From an uncultured Clostridia bacterium (GTDB lineage: Bacteria > Bacillota > Clostridia > JAAYHZ01), in NCBI GenBank assembly GCA_937894465.1, contig CALCRE010000079.1:1-58597 (forward strand): a DNA stretch of 58,597 bases, in the 5' to 3' direction. Below, piece after piece: positions 37,238 through 46,563 of the stretch. Under the pieces are notes generated by a model. That model had not been told where the DNA came from. It saw nothing but the letters and a program-made list of their open reading frames with translations, and did not search any database. A program made the translations under genes and the position numbers. How positions within the stretch are numbered: the stretch's first letter is position 1; each line of letters starts with the position of its first letter.

Positions 37238-38248
37238 CTATTTTCTGTTATATAAACTTTCTTGTAAGGCCTTTCGATTTTTATCCAAGTCCGGCTTTAA
37301 GACTTCCATCCCTCGAATAACTTCTGCCTTGTAAGCGCCATCGATGGGAATGCGAAATGTTTCCGGTTTGTTGTAATCAACACTAAGTACTTTTGTAGCC
37401 AACCGGATGATTTCCATATTGGTCATATCCGTAGTAACCATAGGAAGACATTGGTTCAACAAATCAATGACTTTGACAGGGTTCATGTTTGTAACCTTTT
37501 CAAACGCTGCCGTCAAGACCTTTCTTTGTCGTTCGGTTCGTTCATAGTCGCAATTTCCAACCGCTCTCAATCGGGCATAGATCAGTGCCATGCGTCCGTC
37601 CATATGAGCGGTTCCCGCTTTTTCATATCCTAAGTAGCGGGCTTCGGAAGTATTGAGTTCCACATCAATTCCTCCGATGCTGTCAATGGCTTTTTCAAAT
37701 GCTTTAAAATCTACTTCAATATTGCCGTCTACCGGTATTTGAAAGTTCTTCTCAATTGTTTCTTGTAAAAGACTCATTCCTCCTAATTGATAAGAGAGAT
37801 TGATACGGTTGTCTTTGTATCCCGGTATTTGTACATACAGATCCCGCATAAACGAAGTTAATTGAATGGAATGCTCCTTCACATTTAAAGTTGCAAGAAT
37901 CATGGTGTCGGAGCGACCCTTTTCCTTGTTGCTTCTGCCGTCATGACCGATCAACATGATGTTGATGATCTGTTTATCCGGCCAAAGATCATATTCTTTT
38001 ATACCTGAAGTGATTTCGGCTGTTTGCGCAGGGGTTGTATACTTTTTTGTTTGGGTGTAAGTGGTTGTTGTTCCTTCTGTAATCCGTGTAGTTTCCATGA
38101 TTGACGGGGCGTTTTCAAAGCGTTCGGCTTTGTGAGTGTCGGTACGGTTGATTTTATTGAGGAATCCATACACAAATCCAACCACTGTGACACATAAAAT
38201 CAAAACCATATATATGAATGTTTTTAATGCTTTGATTATTTTATTCAA
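37238..38248 (-). CDS. LCP (LytR-CpsA-Psr) glycopolymer transferase
   Basis: N-terminal TM; NIMLIG.D, GRSDTMIL, SFMRDLYV, RTERQR. Confidence 0.92.
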   Translation of the reverse strand: MNKIIKALKTFIYMVLILCVTVVGFVYGFLNKINRTDTHKAERFENAPSIMETTRITEGTTTTYTQTKKYTTPAQTAEITSGIKEYDLWPDKQIINIMLIGHDGRSNKEKGRSDTMILATLNVKEHSIQLTSFMRDLYVQIPGYKDNRINLSYQLGGMSLLQETIEKNFQIPVDGNIEVDFKAFEKAIDSIGGIDVELNTSEARYLGYEKAGTAHMDGRMALIYARLRAVGNCDYERTERQRKVLTAAFEKVTNMNPVKVIDLLNQCLPMVTTDMTNMEIIRLATKVLSVDYNKPETFRIPIDGAYKAEVIRGMEVLKPDLDKNRKALQESLYNRK

Positions 38249-38358
38249 TCCGGCTTATCTCCTTTTTCTATATGAACAGCTTACAATAGTATGGTTCTTT
38301 TCATCAGAAAATATCATGATGTCATTTTTTAATCTTTAAAAAAAATTTATTTGTATAT

Positions 38359-38387
38359 TTGACAATCGCTGTTTACATGATTAGAAT
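38359..38387 (+). promoter_or_regulatory. Sigma-A promoter
   Basis: TTGACA-17bp-TAGAAT. Confidence 0.65.
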
Positions 38388-38420
38388 GAAGTAAATTGAT
38401 TAAATTTTTGAGGTGTGTAT

Positions 38421-38771
38421 ATGTTAAAAAGAGCACAGGATCGAGTTACAGAGCTAAAAGAACAAATGCGAGGAGGAAAAGGAACGGTAGAACTATCACA
38501 CTTGTTCAATATCGGAGAATTTAAGGGGAGGGCCAGATTGTGTGCACAAATCACTTTGAATCCGGGTTGTTCCATCGGTGAACATGCACATTACGGCGAA
38601 GATGAGATTTTCTTTTTTGTAAGCGGACACGGTCAAGTGAACGATAACGGAAAAATCATCGAAGTGACTGCCGGAGATTCTCTTTTGACCGGAGACGGAT
38701 CATTTCATTCGGTTGAAAATACAGGGGATCAACCTTTGGTATTACTAGCAGTCATATTGCTATATGAGTAA
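38421..38771 (+). CDS. Cupin domain protein
   Basis: PGCSIGEHAH..EDEIF and HSVENTG. Confidence 0.9.
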   Translation: MLKRAQDRVTELKEQMRGGKGTVELSHLFNIGEFKGRARLCAQITLNPGCSIGEHAHYGEDEIFFFVSGHGQVNDNGKIIEVTAGDSLLTGDGSFHSVENTGDQPLVLLAVILLYE

Positions 38772-39883
38772 TTTGCCTTTTTCGTAATTCTTTCAAATCC
38801 CCATTCGGCAAGCATTTTATTTACAGACTTTTTTCTTGACCTGCAGAAAGAATAAAGACGCTTGTAGAGATCGGAGTCTGTTTTTATATATACTTTTTTG
38901 CTATGATCAATACAATATTGAGATATCTCTTTTTTCAATTTTTCGGACTTTATGAAATAAGATGTGATGTTTCTACCCTGCACCTTGGTAAAACCGAAGA
39001 ATTTAAATAACTCATCCATACTCATATTCTCACGGGAGGCTTTGTTCGCAATGGTATTGTATTCAGCCGGTCTGTATGGACCGCTGTTAGGAAAATAAAT
39101 TCGGTTTTTGCTGTCGGCATATTTTTGTAGAATGTTTAAGATATCTTGATCTGTTCCTTTTCCGTTTCTACAAAACCCGTCGTATCCGAGTAAGTTCAGG
39201 TATTCATCCCTTGTGATACCCAACCGGACATACCGGTTCCGGATTTTAGAGCATAAAGAGGAAGAACTATACGTAGCCATGGCTTTTCCCATTACATCCA
39301 CAGATATCAAATCCTTTTTTATATTCATGTCCTGTGGCCCCAGGAGGTGGTAATTTCGTTTTTTCAGGAGGGTATTCAATCGCTCGGGCAAATCAAACAC
39401 CACTTTGATGGTTGACTTGTTAATGATAAAGATGCAAATGTCTTTACAGTTATTGCTGATCCTGATATATAAATCATCAGATTTGAGCTCGAAACATTCC
39501 GTTTGAACCATCTTCTTGATATGTTCGGCTTCGCTGTATCGAATATAGTGGCTGATCCAGTTTGCGCCGGTGACGCTATTCAATATTTTTCGACTGATTT
39601 CAGCTCGTGTAACATGAAAAAGCTTAGCAAGATCCGATCCTGTATATTGGTATTCGTCAATAAGCAATTTGGCGGTTTGTGCATCAAACTTCATACAAGA
39701 ACCTCCGCTCTTGCCGGTGAGGTATTTAAATCCGTTGCACTCCAAGAAATCACTAATAGACATATTGCTTTTCGATGCAACATCTCTCAAATAGCCGTAC
39801 TCCAAAGGATGTTCTTTGTACATATTTGAAATACATTTATCAGGGTACAATTTTTTTAATTTCGCAATAATATACTGCTCCAT
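38729..39883 (-). CDS. Hypothetical basic protein with HTH-like segment and four internal helical repeats
   Basis: 384-aa ORF with RBS ggaagggg; DLAKLFHVTRAEISR; repeats ending L...G(F/Y). Overlaps the cupin gene 3' end by 43 bp. Confidence 0.6.
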   Translation of the reverse strand: MEQYIIAKLKKLYPDKCISNMYKEHPLEYGYLRDVASKSNMSISDFLECNGFKYLTGKSGGSCMKFDAQTAKLLIDEYQYTGSDLAKLFHVTRAEISRKILNSVTGANWISHYIRYSEAEHIKKMVQTECFELKSDDLYIRISNNCKDICIFIINKSTIKVVFDLPERLNTLLKKRNYHLLGPQDMNIKKDLISVDVMGKAMATYSSSSLCSKIRNRYVRLGITRDEYLNLLGYDGFCRNGKGTDQDILNILQKYADSKNRIYFPNSGPYRPAEYNTIANKASRENMSMDELFKFFGFTKVQGRNITSYFIKSEKLKKEISQYCIDHSKKVYIKTDSDLYKRLYSFCRSRKKSVNKMLAEWGFERITKKANYSYSNMTASNTKG

Positions 39884-40044
39884 GACTATGCCCCTTCCTA
39901 TGGTATTGTTAATTTGACGATGTAATCTTTATTCGACAATAGATGGCTAATTACCTTTATTTTAGTAAAAATATTTTTAATCGCCATAATTGTATTCTCA
40001 AGATATAAAAAAAGGGCTACCGAGGTAGCCGGTCTTCAAGAAGT

Positions 40045-40614
40045 CTATCTTGGCAAGAGTCTTAATTCCATCCAGTCTATCCCAATCCAATTATCTAAAT
40101 CACCGCTTGATGTATTCTCAATGACAATACGGTTGGTTCTTCTCATATTGGATACATTAAAAGTTAGTTCTCTCCAGTTGTTAAACATACCACCTGCAGG
40201 AGTACCGTGGGGAAGTGACAAACGACCGTTGTGCACCAAGCTTCCGTTAACGGTGATTCGTGCTGAATAACGGTTGACGGGCACATTGGAGTGATCGTCT
40301 AAAATCATGCTGATTCCAAGTGTCGCCCTCATATTACCCGGTACGAACATAAATGCAGGGCTTTCAAAAGTCCATGCACCTCGGTTTCCGGTATACAGGA
40401 TATCGGCATTTCTGCTGGGATTACCATAGTTGGGGTAACCGGACAATTCCTTGTAAAGCACAAATGAGACCATAGGAGGATTATCGCTAAGTATAGGGGG
40501 CGGATCACCGGCTTGAACAGTCAAAGTGCCGGGGGAAACTTCGTCAGTGAAGGTTCTTTGCTCATCCAAAAAACCGGGTATTTCAGGATAACGGTTCCAT
40601 GTATCATTAGGCAT
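40045..40614 (-). CDS. Hypothetical protein, jelly-roll/galactose-binding-like C-terminal half
   Basis: RBS aaggag; ITVNG...N.IVIEN...IDWMEL; hairpin ggctacc/ggtagcc with a T-tract downstream. Confidence 0.65.
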   Translation of the reverse strand: MPNDTWNRYPEIPGFLDEQRTFTDEVSPGTLTVQAGDPPPILSDNPPMVSFVLYKELSGYPNYGNPSRNADILYTGNRGAWTFESPAFMFVPGNMRATLGISMILDDHSNVPVNRYSARITVNGSLVHNGRLSLPHGTPAGGMFNNWRELTFNVSNMRRTNRIVIENTSSGDLDNWIGIDWMELRLLPR

Positions 40615-40780
40615 AATTAATCTCCTTTCTAAAAATATTTTTATATATCATATTCGGGAATACCAAGTTATGTTAACGACATGATAAGGCATTTTCTACC
40701 GTATACTTTATTTTGATCCTCGGGTGTGGTATGATACTTTCATACGGGTAAGTATGAAAAGTGAAAGGATGGATACGAAA

Positions 40781-41335
40781 ATGCCAAATCAAATAAAACA
40801 AATTGCCGCCAGATTGAGGGAGTTAAGAGATATTTCCGGCATATCAGTCGAAGAGTTGGCAAAAGAGTTTAATGTTTCTGTTGAAGCCTATCTTGAATAT
40901 GAAAGTGGAAATGTAGATATACCGGTCGGAGTTTTGTATCAAGCAGCAAACAAATTTAAGGTTGAACTGACGGTTTTGCTTACAGGTGACGATCCGAAAT
41001 TACGCACCTATACTTTGGTACGCAAAGGTAAGGGTGTGAATGTGGAGCGAAGAAAAGCATACAAATATCAAAGCCTTGCACATAATTTTGTGCATAAAAA
41101 AGCCGAACCTTTTATGGTGACTGTTGAACCGGATCCGGAAAACCGACCTCTTCATTATAATAGCCATCCGGGTCAAGAATTTAATTATGTATTGGAAGGC
41201 AGAATGAAAATTATTATAGACGGACATGAATTGGAACTCAATGAAGGTGATTCTCTTTTCTTTGATTCCGGTGTGCCTCACGGTATGAAAGCTCTTGATA
41301 ACAAAGCTGCCAAATTCATTGCAATGATATTGTAA
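40781..41335 (+). CDS. XRE HTH + cupin transcriptional regulator
   Basis: RLRELR...SVEELA...YESG; HPGQEFNYVLEG; FDSGVPH. Confidence 0.9.
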   Translation: MPNQIKQIAARLRELRDISGISVEELAKEFNVSVEAYLEYESGNVDIPVGVLYQAANKFKVELTVLLTGDDPKLRTYTLVRKGKGVNVERRKAYKYQSLAHNFVHKKAEPFMVTVEPDPENRPLHYNSHPGQEFNYVLEGRMKIIIDGHELELNEGDSLFFDSGVPHGMKALDNKAAKFIAMIL

Positions 41336-41365
41336 TGACATAAACAAAGAATAAAAGGGAATATA

Positions 41366-41393
41366 AAAAGAGAGTTGGCTTCAACTCTCTTTT
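41366..41393. terminator. Bidirectional terminator
   Basis: Perfect stem aaaagagagttg/caactctctttt between convergent genes. Confidence 0.8.
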
Positions 41394-41498
41394 CTCAATA
41401 GCGGATTAAAACTTTCGGTCTATATCAAACCGGGGGTTTTAGGGGTTCTATTTGGGTTTGCTAACCGTCATCTCATCCTCCGATTGCTATCAAACGTC

Positions 41499-42083
41499 TT
41501 AAAGGGGGAGCTTGCTTACAGAAGATCCCGTTTCCATCCGATGATCCATGTGAGGCATTTCTTTCAGGTGATTAAATATTTGACCGTATCCGGTAATGAA
41601 TTCCAACATGGATTTTTGATATACTGGAAACCACCGTTCATTAATGTGACTTTCCTTCTTGTTTTGGTCTACCATTTTGTTAAATGTGGACACAGCGTTG
41701 CTCAGTAAGCTTAACAAGTTTGAAAAGGTTTTTTCATCCACATGACCGCTGTTGTAATGCTCCACACACTCTATCAAGGATTCAGTTAATTGAATTAGCT
41801 TTGAAGGATCGACTAACGACACTTTTTCAAACTCTTTTAAAAATGTTTGTTGCCTGTTGATTGTGTCCGCCATGGTTTTGTCTCTTATATTGGTTCTACC
41901 TAGCAGGTAATCCAGCGACACATCAAATACATCTGCAATTCTTACTAAAATCTGATAGGATGGCTGTGATTTGTTTTTTTCATATTTATTCCAAGCACCG
42001 TCGGTGACACCAATGGCTGCTCCTGCTTTTTTCATGGTCATTTTCTTTTCCATTCTCAACATGTACAATCTTTCACCAAACAT
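41499..42083 (-). CDS. XRE-family (SinR/ImmR-like) HTH regulator with helical C-terminal domain
   Basis: FGERL..LR...YE....P....L..IAD.FDVSLDYLLGR. Confidence 0.9.
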   Translation of the reverse strand: MFGERLYMLRMEKKMTMKKAGAAIGVTDGAWNKYEKNKSQPSYQILVRIADVFDVSLDYLLGRTNIRDKTMADTINRQQTFLKEFEKVSLVDPSKLIQLTESLIECVEHYNSGHVDEKTFSNLLSLLSNAVSTFNKMVDQNKKESHINERWFPVYQKSMLEFITGYGQIFNHLKEMPHMDHRMETGSSVSKLPL

Positions 42084-42110
42084 AGCGATTTATTCCTTTC
42101 TTTTATTAGC

Positions 42111-42170
42111 AAAAACAAAAAGTCCGGTTGCAACTTAAATACAAATTTAATATCAAGTATGCAACCGGAC
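42111..42170 (-). terminator. Riboswitch expression-platform terminator
   Basis: Minus strand gtccggttgca...tgcaaccggac followed by tttttgttttt; the 5' arm overlaps the aptamer 3' end. Confidence 0.8.
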
Positions 42171-42240
42171 GATCATAACATTACTAATGTCGTAGACTCC
42201 TAGCTTTGCGTCTTAACCTTTCGGTTAATTTGCCAACTAT
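42160..42240 (-). ncRNA. c-di-GMP-I (GEMM-I) riboswitch
   Basis: Minus strand ggcaaattaaccGAAAggttaagacgcaaagctaggagtctacg...atgatcgtccggttgca matches the GEMM consensus (GGCAAA, GAAA tetraloop, GACGCAAAGC, GGTTGC). Confidence 0.9.
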
Positions 42241-42284
42241 TAAGTTTTAAAGTTAAGTATTAAGCTTAACTGCTTTATAATTCA

Positions 42285-42313
42285 AGGATAACAATTATAA
42301 AGCAATTTGTCAA
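42285..42313 (-). promoter_or_regulatory. Sigma-A promoter driving the riboswitch leader
   Basis: Minus strand TTGACA-17bp-TATCCT with extended TG. Confidence 0.65.
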
Positions 42314-42417
42314 CTATCTTTACATACTTTTGGTCAATTTTTTTGAAAACCTGATGATTTGTTCATTTTTTTTATTTTATAAAAAATTGTTTGACTATGT
42401 ACGAACAGTTATGTTAA

Positions 42418-42448
42418 TATTATTATGAACCATGAGTTCATAATAATA
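42418..42448. promoter_or_regulatory. Perfect inverted repeat, candidate operator
   Basis: tattattatgaac-catga-gttcataataata (13-bp arms), just downstream of TTGACT at 42391. Confidence 0.6.
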
Positions 42449-42499
42449 ACTGCAAGAAGTTCCGTTAAATTCGTTTATGGAAGATTAAGAGGGGGAACC

Positions 42500-43510
42500 A
42501 TGCCGGATTTAGGATTTTGTGACCATATGTTGAGAGAGATTGAACTATTTATATATAGCCGGCAGATTAGACATATAGCCGGTATGACCATAGACTCACC
42601 GTTGATTCAAGTCGGAGAATCATGTTGTGTTTATCCGCAGAATCAACCCGGAGGACCTTTGAGAGCCGAGGTAATCGGAACAAAAGGAAATAAAATGGTA
42701 TTAATGCCTTTTAATGAGTGCACCTGTGATCCGGGTAGCAAGATCGTTTCAGTGAACCACTGTACAATGGTACCGGTGGGAATGCAGTTTATCGGTAGGA
42801 TCGTGGATGGACGGGGAAATCCCTTGGACCAAAAGGGTGAAATCCGGACAAGAAGCTTTTACAACCTTGAAAACTACCATAAGGAAGAGATGCAGTGCAC
42901 ACCGCAATCCGAACCTCTATCATTGGGGATGGGTGAGTTGGATAACTTTTTACATTGTAAAAAAGGTGATCGAATCAGTCTTATGTCCAATAGTGTGGAA
43001 AATGAGGATCGGTTGACCGGAACCATTGCACGACAAGGAGAATCCGATGTTAACGTCATTGTGTTGACAGGGGGGAATACAAATGATGTTAAACGTTTTG
43101 TACAATATGATTTAAAAGACAAAGGTCTGCAAAAGTCGGTTTTGATTGTAGCCGACGAAGATCAACCTGCGTTTGTCAGGGTAAGGGCAACGTTCCTGGC
43201 AGCGACTATATCGGAATATTTCCGGGATCACGGTATGCATGCGATGCTGTTTATAAGATCCTTGACGGATTTTATAAAAGCTCAAACGGATATCGGTTTA
43301 TCTACCGGTGAAAGGTTGCTGCCGAACGGGTATCCCCCGTCGGTATTTACCAAGCTTTTGGATCTGTTGGATCGGGCAGGGAGCTCGAAATCTGGATCCG
43401 TCACCGGACTATATTCGGTGCTTACAGAACATTTGGACATAGAAGAACCTGTTTTTGCTGTCTTGAAAGATTATGTTCAAGGACAAATTGTTTTATCAGG
43501 TGCTTCTTGA
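42500..43510 (+). CDS. Degenerate FliI/YscN-family export ATPase homolog (catalytic motifs lost, C-terminally truncated)
   Basis: GRIVDGRGNPLD, A.EYFRD.G, IGLS.GE....GYPPSVF..L..L..RAG, GSVTGLYSVL retained; Walker A/B degenerate. Confidence 0.8.
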   Translation: MPDLGFCDHMLREIELFIYSRQIRHIAGMTIDSPLIQVGESCCVYPQNQPGGPLRAEVIGTKGNKMVLMPFNECTCDPGSKIVSVNHCTMVPVGMQFIGRIVDGRGNPLDQKGEIRTRSFYNLENYHKEEMQCTPQSEPLSLGMGELDNFLHCKKGDRISLMSNSVENEDRLTGTIARQGESDVNVIVLTGGNTNDVKRFVQYDLKDKGLQKSVLIVADEDQPAFVRVRATFLAATISEYFRDHGMHAMLFIRSLTDFIKAQTDIGLSTGERLLPNGYPPSVFTKLLDLLDRAGSSKSGSVTGLYSVLTEHLDIEEPVFAVLKDYVQGQIVLSGAS

Positions 43511-43624
43511 GGGGTTAAATGTGGGACGCCTCCTTTAATCATAGATGTGCAGCGAAATCGCACGGTGGATAATTGTTATGTTGCTTAAAAAAACAATGAG
43601 AAATCGCCTGTACGCCTGTACTTA

Positions 43625-43658
43625 GGGACAAGGAAAATAAGCCTTGCCCCCTTTTTTT
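43625..43658 (+). terminator. Intrinsic terminator
   Basis: gggacaagg/ccttgcccc stem (imperfect) plus T7. Confidence 0.6.
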
Positions 43659-43770
43659 ATAGTTTTTTTTTATGTAACATATGAGAACGGTGTTGTGTCC
43701 TGTACATCGCTTACGCATATTTGATATAATTCGACATGTATGATTCTAGATATTAAAAGGAGAAATTTAA

Positions 43771-45525
43771 ATGGTAATCCAAAACGTCAATCTGCCAAGA
43801 CCGGAATATCCCAGACCGGATTTTGAAAGAAACCAATGGTTCAATTTAAACGGAACTTGGGATTTTCAATTTGATGATAAAGACCAAGGAGAAAAGGAAG
43901 GTTGGTATAGGCAAAACGCAACATTTGAAAAACAAATTGTGGTACCTTTTTGCTATCAAAGTCAAATGAGTGGAATACATGACGACTTATTACATGAGAT
44001 CATGTGGTATCGACGAGTTTTTAACGTTCCGGAAGATTTCCGAGGGAAAAGGGTTCTACTGCATTTTGGCGCTGTGGATTATGCTGCAAAAGTTTGGGTA
44101 AACGGTCAACCGGTTTGCACTCATAAAGGAGGATATGTTCCCTTTAAAGCAGATATCACAAATTACTTAATTTCCGGAGACAATGAGTTGACTGTGCGGG
44201 TTGAAGATCGTTTTGAGTGTATGCAACCAAGAGGAAAACAATACTGGAAGCAGACGCCTGACAGATGTTGGTATACGGCTACATCCGGTATTTGGCAGAC
44301 TGTTTGGTTGGAAGCCGTGGGGCAGGTATATATGGATCGAGTGAAATTTACTCCGGATATAGACAGGCGCGACGTAAAGCTCGAACTTTATTTGGAGCAA
44401 TTCCCTTATGACATGGATTTATCAGTTGAGGTCAGTTACAAAGGAAAAATTGTCCACCGGTCGGTTCGACAGGTAAAAAGCCGAATTTCCACCGTTACGA
44501 TTGATGTAAAGGAAGAAGATAATATCGACGAAATTCATTTCTGGACTCCGGAGCATCCTAATCTTTATGATGTTTGTTTACAACTTAAGAAAGGTGATCA
44601 ATTGCTGGATGAAGTGAAAAGTTATTTCGGCATGCGTAAGATATCCGTTCAAGGGGATACGATCTTACTGAATAACAGGGTATATTATCAAAAACTGATT
44701 TTGGATCAAGGATATTGGAAAGAAAGCTTGCTGACTCCTCCGAGTGACGAAGCCATTAAAAAAGATGTGGAATACACAAAGCAAATGGGCTTTAACGGTG
44801 CAAGAAAGCATCAGAAGATCGAGGATCCCAGGTATTATTATTGGGCGGATCGTTTAGGTCTTTTGGTTTGGGGGGAAGTGCCTTCCGGATACGAGTATAA
44901 CGATGAGCAGACAGTCAATATTACCAATGAATTGATTCAATTTGTCAACCGTGATTATAACCATCCTTGTATTGTGACATGGGTGCCTTTGAATGAGTCT
45001 TGGGGTGTTCGCAATATATACTCTGATCAACAACAACAGGATTTTGCAATGTCGTTATACTTTTTAATCCGCTCCTTAGATCAAACCCGCTTGATCAGCA
45101 CCAATGACGGGTGGGAGCAAGTATATTCGGATATCAGCGCTGTTCACGATTACATGGCATCCGGAGAAAAGTTTTTAGAAAAATATGCAGACAAGGAAGC
45201 TATATTGTGCAAGTCCGCAGTGGGCAGGATGTTATACTGCGAAGGCACGGAATATGAAGGACAACCGGTATTGATCACGGAATACGGTGGAATTGCCATG
45301 GACACAGGAAAGGCAGGATGGGGATATAACGGATTGGTCAAAGGGGAAGAGGATTTTTTAAAGCGTTATGAAAGCATCACAAGAGCGATCCAAAACACAC
45401 CTTATATCCGAGGATATTGCTATACTCAATTAACCGATGTTTTTCAAGAAATAAACGGGTTGCTTACAATGGATCGAGAATTCAAGATCAACCCGGATGA
45501 AGTTCGGAAAATCAATAATCGATAA
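43771..45525 (+). CDS. Glycoside hydrolase family 2
   Basis: RPEYPRP, LHFGAVDY, SGIWQTVWLE, NHPCIVTW..NESWG, TEYGG. Confidence 0.92.
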   Translation: MVIQNVNLPRPEYPRPDFERNQWFNLNGTWDFQFDDKDQGEKEGWYRQNATFEKQIVVPFCYQSQMSGIHDDLLHEIMWYRRVFNVPEDFRGKRVLLHFGAVDYAAKVWVNGQPVCTHKGGYVPFKADITNYLISGDNELTVRVEDRFECMQPRGKQYWKQTPDRCWYTATSGIWQTVWLEAVGQVYMDRVKFTPDIDRRDVKLELYLEQFPYDMDLSVEVSYKGKIVHRSVRQVKSRISTVTIDVKEEDNIDEIHFWTPEHPNLYDVCLQLKKGDQLLDEVKSYFGMRKISVQGDTILLNNRVYYQKLILDQGYWKESLLTPPSDEAIKKDVEYTKQMGFNGARKHQKIEDPRYYYWADRLGLLVWGEVPSGYEYNDEQTVNITNELIQFVNRDYNHPCIVTWVPLNESWGVRNIYSDQQQQDFAMSLYFLIRSLDQTRLISTNDGWEQVYSDISAVHDYMASGEKFLEKYADKEAILCKSAVGRMLYCEGTEYEGQPVLITEYGGIAMDTGKAGWGYNGLVKGEEDFLKRYESITRAIQNTPYIRGYCYTQLTDVFQEINGLLTMDREFKINPDEVRKINNR

Positions 45526-45679
45526 GGTGCCGGGCTGTAATGATTGTAAAATAACTGAAATACTAAATTAACATAACATTAACAACTATTTTTCTTAGCT
45601 TATGATATTTTTATTTATTCCTGCGTATGTTTATGGTATACTTGTTAAAAGATATCTAAAGGTTTAAGGAGATGATATA

Positions 45680-46324
45680 ATGAAAAGGTTTACGAGTTTG
45701 GTGCTAGTGGTAGCGTTGCTGTTACTCACAACAGGCAACATATTTGCTGCAACCGTTCCGGGTTCAGTTTACACGGACCATACGGAACAAGAAATGGCAA
45801 ACATTTTAAACGGAGCAGGAGTAAAGGACGTGAAAGCAACTGATTGGTATGCGCAAGGTTTTGCTTCCCTTATAGAAGCCGGTTTAATTAAACCTGATGC
45901 GAACGGGAATATGAATCCTCTAGCCCCCCTGACAGCGGGGGATGCAGTATCTCTCATTGCCAAGGCTATCGGAATCGCAGCTAAGACAGATACACCTGAG
46001 GTTGCTCTTCAAAAAGCAAAGAATGCCGGTTTGGTTGGAGCGGGGGTTACAACATTTACCGATATGAAGAGAATTGATTTAGCTTCATTGGTTGCAAAAG
46101 CATTCAATATTAGTTATATTTCCATATATAACAAGAACCTGTTTCCTTTTGAAGACTTCTTTGCTTTCACAGCTGATGAAAGAGGAATGGTAAAAGCATT
46201 GCATACAAGAGGTTTCTTTGTAGGTTATCCGATTGGAAACGGTAAATACGAGTTTCGCCCCTATAACATTATCACGAAGGGTGAAATCGTTACATTGGTT
46301 GCACGTATATTAGCTGCAAAATAA
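45680..46324 (+). CDS. Secreted SLH-domain protein (paralog 1)
   Basis: Signal peptide; DVK.TDWYA; GYP...FRP...ITKGE. Confidence 0.8.
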   Translation: MKRFTSLVLVVALLLLTTGNIFAATVPGSVYTDHTEQEMANILNGAGVKDVKATDWYAQGFASLIEAGLIKPDANGNMNPLAPLTAGDAVSLIAKAIGIAAKTDTPEVALQKAKNAGLVGAGVTTFTDMKRIDLASLVAKAFNISYISIYNKNLFPFEDFFAFTADERGMVKALHTRGFFVGYPIGNGKYEFRPYNIITKGEIVTLVARILAAK

Positions 46325-46368
46325 AAAAATAACTGCAATCAATTAAAAACACAAATTACATAAGAAGT

Positions 46369-46412
46369 AAAACCTGCTTAAGGAGTTGTAAAACTGCTCC
46401 AAGCAGGTTTTT
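46369..46412 (+). terminator. Intrinsic terminator
   Basis: aaaacctgctt...aagcaggtttt plus T-run. Confidence 0.7.
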
Positions 46413-46563
46413 TCATAAAAGGAACAACAAAAGCAAATGAACCGGCGGAAAAAATTATGGAATATGTCGAAAATTATAAAATATCACGGTTATTATTGTA
46501 TTTTGATCTATGTTTATGGTACACTTATGTAGACAAGATATCACAGGTGAGGAGACTGATAAA

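Noticed and set aside
42426-42440. LexA (Cheo) box
   Set aside because: The spacer is GAAC-N5-GTTC rather than N4, and the arms extend well beyond a LexA site.
42500-43510. Functional flagellar ATPase fliI
   Set aside because: Walker A, Walker B and the catalytic Glu are missing, the C-terminal domain is absent, and there is no flagellar context.
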